DNA of 64,000 nt from Roseomonas sp. (GCA_031180725.1 JAPSLO010000008.1:127471-191470); one strand, 5' to 3'. Counted from the stretch's first letter, positions 29,382 through 41,306 are shown. Notes: generated by a model not told the origin, from the letters alone. Translations and numbers: made by a program.

Positions 29382-30401
29382 TCAGTGCCGCCGCAGCAGC
29401 CGGCGCGACAGGGCGATTACCGCCGGCACCGCGAGGGCCAACGCCGCCGCGCTGCGCAGCAGCGCAGGGTCCACTGCCGCCACGCGCGCCCGCGCCATGG
29501 CATCGAAGCGTCCATGGACGGCATGACCGCCATGAACGGGCGCGAAGAGGTTGTCCGGCCGCCCGGGCGTGACGGGCTCGGCCGCCATCTGCCCCTCATA
29601 GCCCTGCTTGGCCAGCAGATGGTCGACAAGCCCCGGCGCGAGCATGTCGGCCAGAATGGCGCGGAGGCTCGGCCCGCCCACCCAGAGCTCCCGCGGCGCG
29701 GTTTCCGCCGCCCGGCAAACCGCTTCAGCCACGGCTTCCGGCTGGTACACCGGCGGCACCGGCTGGGCACGGCGCGGCATGAGGCTGCGCGCCCAGTCAA
29801 ACTGCGGTGTGTTCACCGCGGGCAGTTGCACCATGGTGAGCCGAATGCGGCTGCCATCATGGCGCAATTCGCTACGCAGCGAATCCGTGAAGCCGCGGAT
29901 GGCGAACTTCGCGCCGCAGTAGGCGGATTGCAGCGGAATGGCGCGATAGGCCAGCGCCGAACCTACCTGGACGATGGTGCCCCTGTTCACCGGGCGCATG
30001 TGCCGCAGCGCCGCCATGGTGCCGTGGACATAGCCCAGATAGGTCACCTCGGTGACTCGGCGGAATTCCTCGGGCGTGATCTGTGCGAAAGGCGCGAAGA
30101 CCGTCACCATCGCGTTGTTCACCCAGAGGTCGATGCCGCCGAGTTCTGCCGCCAGCCGGTCCGCCGCCGCGAACAGTGCCTCCGGATCGGCGACATCGGC
30201 GGGTGCGGTGCGGACCTCGGGCGCGCCGGAGGCCTGGGCGTCATGGCCGGCGGCTGCTAGCGCCTCCGCATCCCGGGCGATCAGGCCCAGCCGCCAACCC
30301 CGGCGACCAAGCGCCGCCGCGATGGCGCGACCCATACCGGCCGAGGCGCCGGTCACCACGGCCGCCCGGCCCGGTTCCCTGCGCGGGACAGTCTCGCTCA
30401 T
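29382..30401 (-). CDS. SDR family oxidoreductase
   Basis: TGASAGMG, WVNNA and YCGAK motifs with a C-terminal hydrophobic tail. Start MSETVP at 30401. Confidence 0.92.
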   Translation of the reverse strand: MSETVPRREPGRAAVVTGASAGMGRAIAAALGRRGWRLGLIARDAEALAAAGHDAQASGAPEVRTAPADVADPEALFAAADRLAAELGGIDLWVNNAMVTVFAPFAQITPEEFRRVTEVTYLGYVHGTMAALRHMRPVNRGTIVQVGSALAYRAIPLQSAYCGAKFAIRGFTDSLRSELRHDGSRIRLTMVQLPAVNTPQFDWARSLMPRRAQPVPPVYQPEAVAEAVCRAAETAPRELWVGGPSLRAILADMLAPGLVDHLLAKQGYEGQMAAEPVTPGRPDNLFAPVHGGHAVHGRFDAMARARVAAVDPALLRSAAALALAVPAVIALSRRLLRRH

Positions 30402-30426
30402 CGCGTCTTTCCACACCTGTCCCGGA

Positions 30427-30451
30427 AACAGCCGGAACTGCAGGCGGTTCC
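30427..30451 (-). promoter_or_regulatory. sigma-EcfG-like promoter GGAAC-N16-TGTT
   Basis: Perfect -35, with the -10 ending about 26 nt upstream of the SDR ATG. Confidence 0.65.
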
Positions 30452-30531
30452 AACCCGGGCGCGCCGCATGCGACCGCCCCCCCTCTTCAGACCAAACCAA
30501 GCTGGCTGGTCCCGCTCCAAGCGCGATGGTA

Positions 30532-30552
30532 TAGTAACCGTCATGGTTACTA
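30532..30552. promoter_or_regulatory. palindrome TAGTAACC-GTCAT-GGTTACTA, candidate operator
   Basis: Perfect 8-bp inverted repeat overlapping a TATAGT -10-like hexamer (30530-30535). Confidence 0.45.
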
Positions 30553-30704
30553 CACGTCGCAATGGCCGCCGCTGCGGTCAGTCGGCCCGAAGCTGACCGC
30601 CGAAGATGGCGCATTCCAGCCGCAACGGCCCACCGTTGGCGCCGGCCACACCGGCCGGCAACCCGAGACTACGGAGACTGCCCGGAAGGTGGCCGGCTGC
30701 GGCT

Positions 30705-31067
30705 CTAGGCCGCCTGCCGGCAGATCCGGCCGAGCATGGATGTCAGCTCCGCCGGGTCATAGGGCTTGGCCAGCACCGGCGCGTTCTGATGCCCAACCGG
30801 CAGGCCGGAAGCGCCATAGCCCGTCGCGATTACATACGGGATGCCGCGTGCCGCCAACGCATCGGCAACCGGCGCCGAGGTTTCCCCGGCCAGGTTGAGG
30901 TCGAGCACCACGGCATCGGGCTTCTCCCGCGCGAGGAGCGCCATCGCTTCCTCCACCGTGGCAGCCGGTCCCACTACGCCGAAGCCCGCATCCAACAGCG
31001 CATCCTCGACGAGCATCGCAACCAGCGCCTCGTCCTCGACGACCAGGACCTTGCGCCCTTCAGTCAT
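30705..31067 (-). CDS. single-domain response regulator (receiver only)
   Basis: VLVVEDE, phospho-Asp in VVLDLNL, PYVIATGY and LAKPY. Confidence 0.93.
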   Translation of the reverse strand: MTEGRKVLVVEDEALVAMLVEDALLDAGFGVVGPAATVEEAMALLAREKPDAVVLDLNLAGETSAPVADALAARGIPYVIATGYGASGLPVGHQNAPVLAKPYDPAELTSMLGRICRQAA

Positions 31068-31516
31068 ATCGAACTCCCCTCGCCAGATTGCGAGGTCCCA
31101 GCAATAACCCGGGACCGTGTCTGCCACCGCTCACATTCTCGCGTGACAGCGCCTTTTCTTGCCTGTTTAGAAACCCAGGGTATTACCCCGGCCCGCCATC
31201 GGGGAGCCACCCAAGCCCGCGCGCGGCGGGGTCCGGCAGCCGTCATCACCCGCACCGGCGCCAAGCGATAGAACGCGCCCTCATAGGCCGCAAGGCGGGC
31301 AAAGGCGCCATCATCCAGGAAGGGCAGCAGAAACCCCGCAACCTCCCCGGTCGAAGCAACCAGGGTAGGATACGGCGTGCCCCGCAGCACAACCCGTGCA
31401 TGGCCCGGCAGGCGCGCCAGCGACGCCCGGCGCCAAGCCCGCTGCCCGGCGAAGCGGGCAAGGACCCGCCGGTCCAGCAATGTCCCGTAGAGGAAAAGCG
31501 GCCCGACTCGGGCCAT
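31064..31516 (-). CDS. gamma-glutamylcyclotransferase (AIG2-like) family protein
   Basis: LFLYGTLL, YPTL, GEVAG and LAAYEG motifs. The C-terminal ~30 aa look non-conserved. Confidence 0.8.
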   Translation of the reverse strand: MARVGPLFLYGTLLDRRVLARFAGQRAWRRASLARLPGHARVVLRGTPYPTLVASTGEVAGFLLPFLDDGAFARLAAYEGAFYRLAPVRVMTAAGPRRARAWVAPRWRAGVIPWVSKQARKGAVTRECERWQTRSRVIAGTSQSGEGSSI

Positions 31517-31582
31517 GGCGTTGGTCCCGGCAGCGCCTGGGAGAGCGCCCGTGGCCCCGAACAGGCGCCACGGGCGGCGGCT

Positions 31583-32995
31583 TCAGTGACCGGCGTTCTC
31601 GCCCGAGAAGTCGGGCGCCTTGAGCCCGGAGGCCTCGACCTGCCGGGCAATCTGCACCTTCAGCCGCTCCAGCCCCTCGGCATTCCGGGCCTCGGCACGA
31701 GCCACCAGCACCGCCTGGGTGTTGGAGGCACGCAACAGCCACCACCCATCCTCGGTCAGCACGCGCACGCCATCCACGTCCTGCACCTTGGCGCCTTCCT
31801 GGGCCAGGCGGGCCTTCACTTCCTGGATGACCTCGAACTTGCGCGTGTCGGGACAGTCGAAGCGCAGCTCCGGCGTGTTGATCACCTGCGGCAGCGCGGC
31901 GCGGATGGCGGAGAGCTTCTCCGGGCTGCGGGCGATGATGCCCAGCAGACGCACCGCGGAATAGGGCGCATCGTCGAAGCCGTACCACTTGTCGGCGAAG
32001 AAGATGTGGCCGGACATCTCGCCCGCCAGCGGGCTGCCGGTCTCGGCCATCTTCGCCTTGATCAGCGAGTGGCCGGTCTTCCACATCAACGGTGTGCCGC
32101 CGGCCTTCGCCACCTCGTCGAACAGCACCTGGCTGGCCTTCACATCGGCGATGATGGTGCCGCCCGGCTTCGCCTTCAGCACGTCGCGCGCCAGCACCAC
32201 CAGAAGCTGATCGCCGAACAGGATATGGCCTTCGTTGTCCACCACGCCGATGCGGTCGCCGTCGCCATCGAAGGCGATGCCGAGATCGGCCCCCTGCTGC
32301 GCCACCTCTGCGATGATCTGTTCCAGGTTCTTTGCCACCGTGGGGTCGGGGTGGTGCGCCGGGAAGGTGCCATCGATGGTGCCGTTGATGACATAATGCG
32401 TGCCGGGCAGCCTCGCGACGATCTTCTTGATGATCTCGGCCGAGCTGCCATTGCCCGGATCCCAAACCACCTTCAGGGCGCGGTCGCCGCCGTCCCAGTC
32501 CTGCAGGATGCGCGCCACATACTGGTCCGCCACATCCACTTCCCGGTCGGTGCCGGTCGCGGTGGGCACCACATCGCCCGCAGCCGCCATGCGGCCGATC
32601 TCCTGGATCTGCTTCCCGAAGAAGGGCTTCTTACCTAGCATCATCTTGAAGCCGTTGTAGCTCGGCGGGTTATGGCTGCCCGTCACCATCGCCGCGCCAT
32701 CGGCTTCCAGCGCATAGGCGGCATAGTAGAGCATCGGCGTCGGGCAGCAGCCGACGCGCAGCACTTCCAGCCCGCAGGCGCGCAGCCCGGCGACCAGTTG
32801 CGCCTCCAGCTCCGGCGAGGAAAGCCGGCCATCATAGCCCACCGCCACGCGCTTGCCACCGCCACGGCTGACGATGGAGCCGAAGCAGCGGCCGATCGCG
32901 AAGGCGTCCTCCGGCCGCAGCGTCTGGCCCACGATGCCGCGGATGTCGTATTCGCGCAGCGAAGTCGGGTCGAACTCGTGGTGGAAGGCGGTCAT
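31583..32995 (-). CDS. phosphomannomutase/phosphoglucomutase
   Basis: REYDIRG, TGSHNP, FDGDGDR, GEMSGH and RASNT motifs. Confidence 0.96.
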   Translation of the reverse strand: MTAFHHEFDPTSLREYDIRGIVGQTLRPEDAFAIGRCFGSIVSRGGGKRVAVGYDGRLSSPELEAQLVAGLRACGLEVLRVGCCPTPMLYYAAYALEADGAAMVTGSHNPPSYNGFKMMLGKKPFFGKQIQEIGRMAAAGDVVPTATGTDREVDVADQYVARILQDWDGGDRALKVVWDPGNGSSAEIIKKIVARLPGTHYVINGTIDGTFPAHHPDPTVAKNLEQIIAEVAQQGADLGIAFDGDGDRIGVVDNEGHILFGDQLLVVLARDVLKAKPGGTIIADVKASQVLFDEVAKAGGTPLMWKTGHSLIKAKMAETGSPLAGEMSGHIFFADKWYGFDDAPYSAVRLLGIIARSPEKLSAIRAALPQVINTPELRFDCPDTRKFEVIQEVKARLAQEGAKVQDVDGVRVLTEDGWWLLRASNTQAVLVARAEARNAEGLERLKVQIARQVEASGLKAPDFSGENAGH

Positions 32996-33021
32996 CGCTC
33001 TGTCTTCTCCCGGCTCGCGGA

Positions 33022-33891
33022 TCAGGCGTATTTCTTCAGGATCTTCTGCATTGCCGGCGCCATGTCCTCCCGTGCCAGGGCGAAGGCGACCTGGGCTTCC
33101 AGGTAGCCGGCCTTATCGCCGCAGTCGAAGCGGCGGCCCTCATAGCGCACGCCGTGGAAGGGCTGGCTGCCGATCAGCTTCGCCATGCTGTCCGTCAGTT
33201 GGATCTCGCCGCCCGCGCCCTTCTCCATCTTGGAAAGGTGGCCGATCACTTCCGGCATCAGCACATAACGGCCAATGACGGTCAGGTTGCTGGGCGCCTT
33301 CTCCGCCGGCGGCTTCTCCACCAGGCCGGTCACCTCCACCAGATTGCCCCTGGTGGCACCCGGCGCGATGACGCCGTAGCGGGAGACGTGCTCCATCGGC
33401 ACTTCCTCGATCGCCACCACATTGCCGCCGGTGGCTTCGTAGGCTTCCGCGAGCTGCTTCGTGCAGGACACCTCGCAGAGCATCAGGTCGTCCGGCAGCA
33501 GGATGGCGAAGGGGTCGTCGCCAATGAAGGCGCGCGCGCACCAGATGGCGTGGCCAAGGCCCAGCGGCACCTGCTGGCGGGTGGAGATGATGGAGCCCGG
33601 CGGCAGCGCCTGGGCCTGCAGCATCGCCAGTTCCTTCTGCTTGTTGCGCTCCACCAGCGTGCGTTCCAGCTCGTAGGCGACGTCGAACTGATCCACCAGC
33701 ATGGTCTTGCCGCGGCCGGTGACGAAGCAGAACTGCTCGATGCCGGCGGCGCGCGCTTCCTCCACCGCGTACTGGATCAACGGTTTGTCCACCACGGGCA
33801 ACATTTCCTTGGCGAGCTGCTTGGTGGCCGGCAGGAAGCGGGTGCCAAGGCCGGCAACGGGAAGCACGGCCTTGCGAAGCGGCTTGGGCAC
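33022..33891 (-). CDS. galU: UTP--glucose-1-phosphate uridylyltransferase
   Basis: [33 protein letters not shown] and DCG motifs. GTG start at 33891. Confidence 0.96.
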   Translation of the reverse strand: MPKPLRKAVLPVAGLGTRFLPATKQLAKEMLPVVDKPLIQYAVEEARAAGIEQFCFVTGRGKTMLVDQFDVAYELERTLVERNKQKELAMLQAQALPPGSIISTRQQVPLGLGHAIWCARAFIGDDPFAILLPDDLMLCEVSCTKQLAEAYEATGGNVVAIEEVPMEHVSRYGVIAPGATRGNLVEVTGLVEKPPAEKAPSNLTVIGRYVLMPEVIGHLSKMEKGAGGEIQLTDSMAKLIGSQPFHGVRYEGRRFDCGDKAGYLEAQVAFALAREDMAPAMQKILKKYA

Positions 33892-34029
33892 GAGCGATAG
33901 ACCCCTGAAGCTGTCGGTGGCGAAAGGAGTGCCACGGACCGGGTTTAGCGTCCACCGCCGGCCCGGTATCCCCCCCTGACGCTTCAACAATGGAGGACTT
34001 CGCGCCAAGGCCGGCATGTCATCGCTCTG

Positions 34030-34713
34030 TCATTCGCCCAGCAGCACGGCCCTCGCCTCGTTCAGCCGCGCGGCGAGCCAGTCCGTGCCGCCCTGGTCCG
34101 GATGCAGGGCACGCATCAGCCGGCGATGGGCGGCCCGGACTTCCGCCTCGCCTGCATCTTCGCGCAGGCCGAGCACGGCCAGCGCCTCGGCCCGGCTCAT
34201 CCGTCCGTCGCGAGAAGGTGGCGGCGAATGCGCACGCCAATCGGGATGGCTGCGGTCCAACCAGGCTTCCAGCAGGGGGACGGCGTCGGGATCCTGCGCG
34301 GCCAACTCGGTCAGCAGATCCACGAGTTGCGGCAGATCGAGATCTGCCAGATCCGTCCCTGCGAAGCGGCCGGCCTTCACGCGCCCGTGCATGGCGCCGC
34401 TGGCATGGTCCAGCCCCATTTCCAGAAGAGAGGTCTCGACCGCGCTCTGCTGGCCCGCGCCGGGGGCAGAGAAGCGCCGTGCGGCGCGCCGCCCCTGCAC
34501 CCAGCGCCAGATGGCGGGGCCGAACAGGACCAGGGCCCACAGCGCCTGCGCACCGCGGCCACTGGCCAGCAGCAGCCCCATCAACACCAGCCCCAGCAGC
34601 CCGCCGCCCCAGGCAAGGGCGCGCCTCACATCCGCAGGCCGCGCATCCGCGAAGAGCCGTAGCAACGCCAGCACCGCCACCAGCACGGCAAGACCGGCCA
34701 GCAGATAGCCCAT
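34030..34713 (-). CDS. membrane-anchored protein with C-terminal DnaJ (J) domain
   Basis: N-terminal TM segments and a C-terminal MSRAEALAVLGL...AHRRLMRALHPDQGG (HPD motif). Confidence 0.88.
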   Translation of the reverse strand: MGYLLAGLAVLVAVLALLRLFADARPADVRRALAWGGGLLGLVLMGLLLASGRGAQALWALVLFGPAIWRWVQGRRAARRFSAPGAGQQSAVETSLLEMGLDHASGAMHGRVKAGRFAGTDLADLDLPQLVDLLTELAAQDPDAVPLLEAWLDRSHPDWRAHSPPPSRDGRMSRAEALAVLGLREDAGEAEVRAAHRRLMRALHPDQGGTDWLAARLNEARAVLLGE

Positions 34714-34716
34714 GGC

Positions 34717-35421
34717 TCAGCCCCGGCGCGGCGCCGGCAACTGGCCGGCGATGTGCCGCGCGAACGGCGAGCCCAGGCGGGCCAGCGCCGGACGCCCGCC
34801 CGCCGCGAAGATCGCCACGGCCCGCAGCAGCTCCGCCAAGGCCTGGGCGCTGCCGACATCGAACGGCGCATGCGCGCCGCCCGAAAGCCGCGCCACTTCG
34901 CGGAAGGCGGCGCTGGCCAAGGAATTGTGACCCTCCTGGAAGCAGAAGACCGGCGTGCCGCGCAGGCCGAGTTCGCCGGCGGTGTGGCAGATCGGGTCCG
35001 GCTCCTCCTCGATTGCGTCGCCGATGAAGATCACCGCGTTCACCTTCTCGCGCTGCGTCTCGGCCAACGCGTGCCGCAGGGTGCGCAGGATCTGGGTATG
35101 ACCGCCGAGGCAGGTGACGCCGCTCATCCGGCGGGCGAGATCATCCGCGCTGGTCAGGAAGGGCGTGGCCGCGAATTCCCCGAAGCCACGGTAATAGACA
35201 AGGCTGACCGCGAGCCCACCCACATCGCGCACTGCCATGAACATCTCACCCTGCAACTGGCAGGCGCGGTCCCATGTCGGCTGGCGGGAGGCGGTGGCAT
35301 CGATGGCGAAGAGCAGCCGGCCGGGCCGGGCCGATGCCGGCCGCACGGCCGGCATCGCCGCCACCTTCTGCAGAAATGCGGCGACCGCGGCGTTGCCCCT
35401 GGGTCCGGGCGGCTTGCTCAT
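34717..35421 (-). CDS. VWA domain-containing protein
   Basis: LLFAIDATASRQPTW (MIDAS-like), GGHTQI, FIGDAIEE and FCFQEG. Confidence 0.85.
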   Translation of the reverse strand: MSKPPGPRGNAAVAAFLQKVAAMPAVRPASARPGRLLFAIDATASRQPTWDRACQLQGEMFMAVRDVGGLAVSLVYYRGFGEFAATPFLTSADDLARRMSGVTCLGGHTQILRTLRHALAETQREKVNAVIFIGDAIEEEPDPICHTAGELGLRGTPVFCFQEGHNSLASAAFREVARLSGGAHAPFDVGSAQALAELLRAVAIFAAGGRPALARLGSPFARHIAGQLPAPRRG

Positions 35422-35459
35422 ACCCCAGATGTGGCCCTCTACACCGTCCGTGCCAGCCC

Positions 35460-37736
<2,277 letters not shown>

Positions 37737-37820
37737 CCAAGGTGCTCCCCTTTCGGGGCACATCTTAGGCGAGAGTGGCCCGGGTGGCGACCATTGGGCC
37801 TACGAAGCGCTGTCGCGGTC

Positions 37821-40800
37821 TCACGCCGTCGAGGGCGGCTCCCACGGCATTTCGTAGCCGTACTCCAGACAATAGGCTTCCAGTCCCGCCAGCAAAGTGG
37901 GCTCCAGGCCCAGCCAGTCCTCGACTGCGAGATTCGGCTTGGAAACGCTGAAGCGACGCGCCCCCTCGGTCGAGTTGTAGCCCTTCACCCCTTCGGCGTT
38001 GGGCGCTCCAGCAAGATCAGACCGCCACCACTCGGCAAGCCATAGCCGGACCGGGCGCTCGGCATCCTCCACCCGGAAGACAGCATCCGGCGCCAGTCTC
38101 ATCGCCATGGTATGCCAGTGCAGGAACGAGGAGACGGCCCGCCCGATCGCCGTGCGGTGGCGTGCAATATCCTCACCAGTGGCGAGTAGGATATGCAGGC
38201 GGCGGAAATTGAACGACGGGACAATCCCATTCTCCAGCACGATAGAGGGGATCGCATCCCGCGGGTCACGCACATGCACCACTGTTTTTCTGAAGTCGGT
38301 GTTATAGCTGGCGTTATCGCCATAGGGCATGTGCAAGTCCGTGACGACATGCATCCAACTGGAGATGCCGTCGGCCAGCAGTTTCTCGTGCCCGACCTGC
38401 AATCCATAGGCGTTGAACAAGGTCGCCATGTATCCGGAGGCACAGCGGGGGTGGCCAACAACGCGCAGCATTCGGCGCTGGCGCGGGACGTCCGCCAGGG
38501 CTCGAACATCCTCCTCAGTCGCGATATTGCGCCGACCGTCGCCGCTGGAGCGCACCAGAGGCATGGATGCAGCTATAGGCTCAAGGCGCTGTGCGTCCTC
38601 CAGCCCATGGTCCTGGATCAGCGTGCAGCCCAGGGTGTATCGGCCGCCCCTTTCCAGGAGGTAGTCGCGAGTCTCAAAGCCCATCCAGTAATCGGCTACG
38701 CTTCCGATGTCGAGCCCGATCCCCCCACGCTCGCGGATCAAGTCACAATAGATTTTGCCCAGAAAGCCCGCCGCAACGAGATAAACTTCCCCTGGCTGCG
38801 GTGCCAGCGCATTGCAGATATCTTCATGGTGGTCCAGCAAGGTCCCTGGCGCAGCATCTTGTATGCCGCCCCCGAATAGAGGGGCATAACGCTGTTCCGG
38901 CGGCACCAGGATGGCTTGGCGTGTGGCTACACCGTGTTCCTTCCACAGGTACGGTGCGAGGTCATGACACGAGATCCAGGAGACTGACCGCACGACAGAA
39001 AGCACTTCGCCCCACAAATTCCACACGTGCAGGTCGTGATGGAAATGAGCAGAAGTGATGAGGCGCTCGCCCTCACGCAGGTGCTCCGCAGCATGACGCA
39101 GCACGCGCACAAGACCGCGGCCGGCAGTACGGACTTGGCTGCTGTTGGTCGATTGGCGGAAGAAGCGCCAGAGTGGAATAACTCCCACAACGTCCGCCCG
39201 CGCTACGGCCTTCCTGAAGCTAGCTTCGACTATGCCAGTTTGCGTAGCGTCTAGGCGCCGATCGCCCCACCAGGTGAACTGAATTGTTGCGCGGTCCAGA
39301 GCGACCTCTTCCGCTGATTCATCCGGCCGGGCCAGAAAGTGTCCCTCGCCATCACCCAGACGCAGCGCCGAGGTCGGTTGCCCCTCCCGGATACGCCTCA
39401 ACAGTACTGCAGCCAGATCCACGGCATCAGAGAAAAGATCCGCGGTGTGTAGCAGGACTGTTGGTGGTCCGCGGTCAATGCGGCGCAGGCAGTCCAAGCC
39501 CTCAGCGAGCCATGGCGCGGGATCGGAGCCGCTCGGCTCGATAACCTGCGCCTCCGCTTCTACGCAGCGCAGCGCCTCCGCCTCGATACGGCGCGCTGCC
39601 TCCGCACGGCTGGCGCGAAATACCGTGAAGGAGACTGGCCTGACCACCGCACTCTCGACCCGCTGTACCTCCAGCGAACGGGTGACGATCAACGCCAACT
39701 GCACCGCTGTGATGCCACGCACCGTCTTGATGGCCTTATGCGCTGCTTGCGCGGCATCGGCATCTAGAGAAACGCGCCGCAAGGAGGAAAGGAAGCGAGA
39801 CTTCTGCCTGCCGTCCGGCAGGGTCACGGCGTGGCGGAGCATGCTGGGCAATTCGGCCAAGTCCCAAGCCGAGGGCACAATGCCGAGCATGAAATTCACC
39901 GCGATTCGCGACGGTACTGTTGCCTGCAATGCTGCACGCGCCTCCGCCAGGCCCGGAGTATCGTTCAGCCGTCGCAGGACTGTGAAGAGCTGCTCCCAAA
40001 GTCTCTGGTTGGAGGGGAAGCTGACCAGAGAACGCCGGACGACCGCCACCGCGCGCCGACTCTCGCTCTGATCAGCAAGGATTCCACACACCTGTTCCGC
40101 AGCAGCCGCCGTCAGTGTCCGGCTCTCGATCTGCCGGAGTACGCCGGCCAGGGCCGTCCGGTTCAGCAAGCAGGCCCAGTGCGCCCGCAAGATGGCCGGG
40201 CCAAGCTTCAGGAGGTTGGCGGCACCTGCTGGTGTAGCTAGCCAGCACTCGACACGACGCAGCAAGCCTTCGAGCAGGTCACCGCGTCGTGTCGCGGCGG
40301 CAGCTCGCGCGAGTTGGCGCACAAACTCCGCTTCATCCAGAACGCCTTCCAATGCCTGCAGGTGATGCAGCCCCTCCTCTTCCGCCCCCCGGGCCTGCAG
40401 AAGATTGACACGTACGAGTTCCACCGCGGTCCGCAGGGAGGGTTCACCGCGGCCGACGGCCTCGGCCATCAGCCGCTCGCAGGATTGGAAGTCCCCGGTG
40501 GCGATCAAGCCCTGGGCGAGAGAAGAGAAGACGCCGGTTACCCCTTCGTTCCAGAGCTCGGTACGCAACGCTGTAGCGGCCGCATGATCGCCGACGCGGG
40601 CTAAGGCAGCAGCCTCCCGCCGACGCACCGGCGGCGCACTGGGATTGACTTCCCGCACCGCGCGTATCAGCCGCAGGGCCTCCTGCTCCAAGCCGAGCTC
40701 CAGACGCGCCACGGCGGCGGCCATGGCGGCAGGCACTGGAAGGTGGGACGGGCTTGAACAGCCCTGGGCACGCAGCAGTGCGTCCTCCAGACCCAGCATG

Positions 40801-41306
40801 CCGAGCCAGTTTTCGGTCACCTCGTACATGCGCTGCAGAGTCATGGGGTCAGTCGTGGGATCGGCCTCGGCCACCCGCACCTGCACCAAGGCAGCGTCAA
40901 CATCGGCGCGTTCCATCGCGGCCTCGACACTGTTGGCGCGCACCCGCAGGTTGAGGCTCGTAAGGCGATCCCAATTATCCGCGGAGTCCGGGTGATGTGT
41001 TCGGGCTTGCCGTAGCAAATCGGCGCCCATCTCCGCGTCACCTATGTCGTGGGCGGCGCGGATCGCCAAAGTGAAGATGTGGGGCGGCAGTGGTTTCCGA
41101 GCAAATTGTGGGGCACATGCGGCACGACGGAAGGCGTCCGCGACGGCGATGGCTTCGCCGGCCTGCAGCGCCTCTCGCATGAGGCGCGCCAACTCACCTG
41201 GGAAAATGCGTGGCCCGGAGACTGCGCCCTGTAGGGCTGAAATCAGACCGTTCCGAGAAGGATCTTGAGGCAAGACCAAACGAGGGCCCAATTCGTGTTG
41301 GTCCAT
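37821..41306 (-). CDS. large multidomain protein: TPR-like repeats + GT-D-fold-like domain + sulfotransferase-like domain
   Basis: Uninterrupted 1161-aa ORF with a helical repeat N-terminus. Central motifs are SALRLGDGEG and LVAAGFLGKIYC...GLDIGS. C-terminal motifs are VVGHPRCASG, VGHE...GISSW, VRDPRDAIPS and EYGY. Codon usage is visibly less GC3-biased than in neighbouring genes. Confidence 0.75.
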   Translation of the reverse strand: MDQHELGPRLVLPQDPSRNGLISALQGAVSGPRIFPGELARLMREALQAGEAIAVADAFRRAACAPQFARKPLPPHIFTLAIRAAHDIGDAEMGADLLRQARTHHPDSADNWDRLTSLNLRVRANSVEAAMERADVDAALVQVRVAEADPTTDPMTLQRMYEVTENWLGMLGLEDALLRAQGCSSPSHLPVPAAMAAAVARLELGLEQEALRLIRAVREVNPSAPPVRRREAAALARVGDHAAATALRTELWNEGVTGVFSSLAQGLIATGDFQSCERLMAEAVGRGEPSLRTAVELVRVNLLQARGAEEEGLHHLQALEGVLDEAEFVRQLARAAAATRRGDLLEGLLRRVECWLATPAGAANLLKLGPAILRAHWACLLNRTALAGVLRQIESRTLTAAAAEQVCGILADQSESRRAVAVVRRSLVSFPSNQRLWEQLFTVLRRLNDTPGLAEARAALQATVPSRIAVNFMLGIVPSAWDLAELPSMLRHAVTLPDGRQKSRFLSSLRRVSLDADAAQAAHKAIKTVRGITAVQLALIVTRSLEVQRVESAVVRPVSFTVFRASRAEAARRIEAEALRCVEAEAQVIEPSGSDPAPWLAEGLDCLRRIDRGPPTVLLHTADLFSDAVDLAAVLLRRIREGQPTSALRLGDGEGHFLARPDESAEEVALDRATIQFTWWGDRRLDATQTGIVEASFRKAVARADVVGVIPLWRFFRQSTNSSQVRTAGRGLVRVLRHAAEHLREGERLITSAHFHHDLHVWNLWGEVLSVVRSVSWISCHDLAPYLWKEHGVATRQAILVPPEQRYAPLFGGGIQDAAPGTLLDHHEDICNALAPQPGEVYLVAAGFLGKIYCDLIRERGGIGLDIGSVADYWMGFETRDYLLERGGRYTLGCTLIQDHGLEDAQRLEPIAASMPLVRSSGDGRRNIATEEDVRALADVPRQRRMLRVVGHPRCASGYMATLFNAYGLQVGHEKLLADGISSWMHVVTDLHMPYGDNASYNTDFRKTVVHVRDPRDAIPSIVLENGIVPSFNFRRLHILLATGEDIARHRTAIGRAVSSFLHWHTMAMRLAPDAVFRVEDAERPVRLWLAEWWRSDLAGAPNAEGVKGYNSTEGARRFSVSKPNLAVEDWLGLEPTLLAGLEAYCLEYGYEMPWEPPSTA

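Noticed and set aside
37737-37820. Possible attR copy of the tRNA-Leu 3' end
   Set aside because: Only a 6-nt match (GCGGTC) is present, which is not significant. No integrase is in the window.
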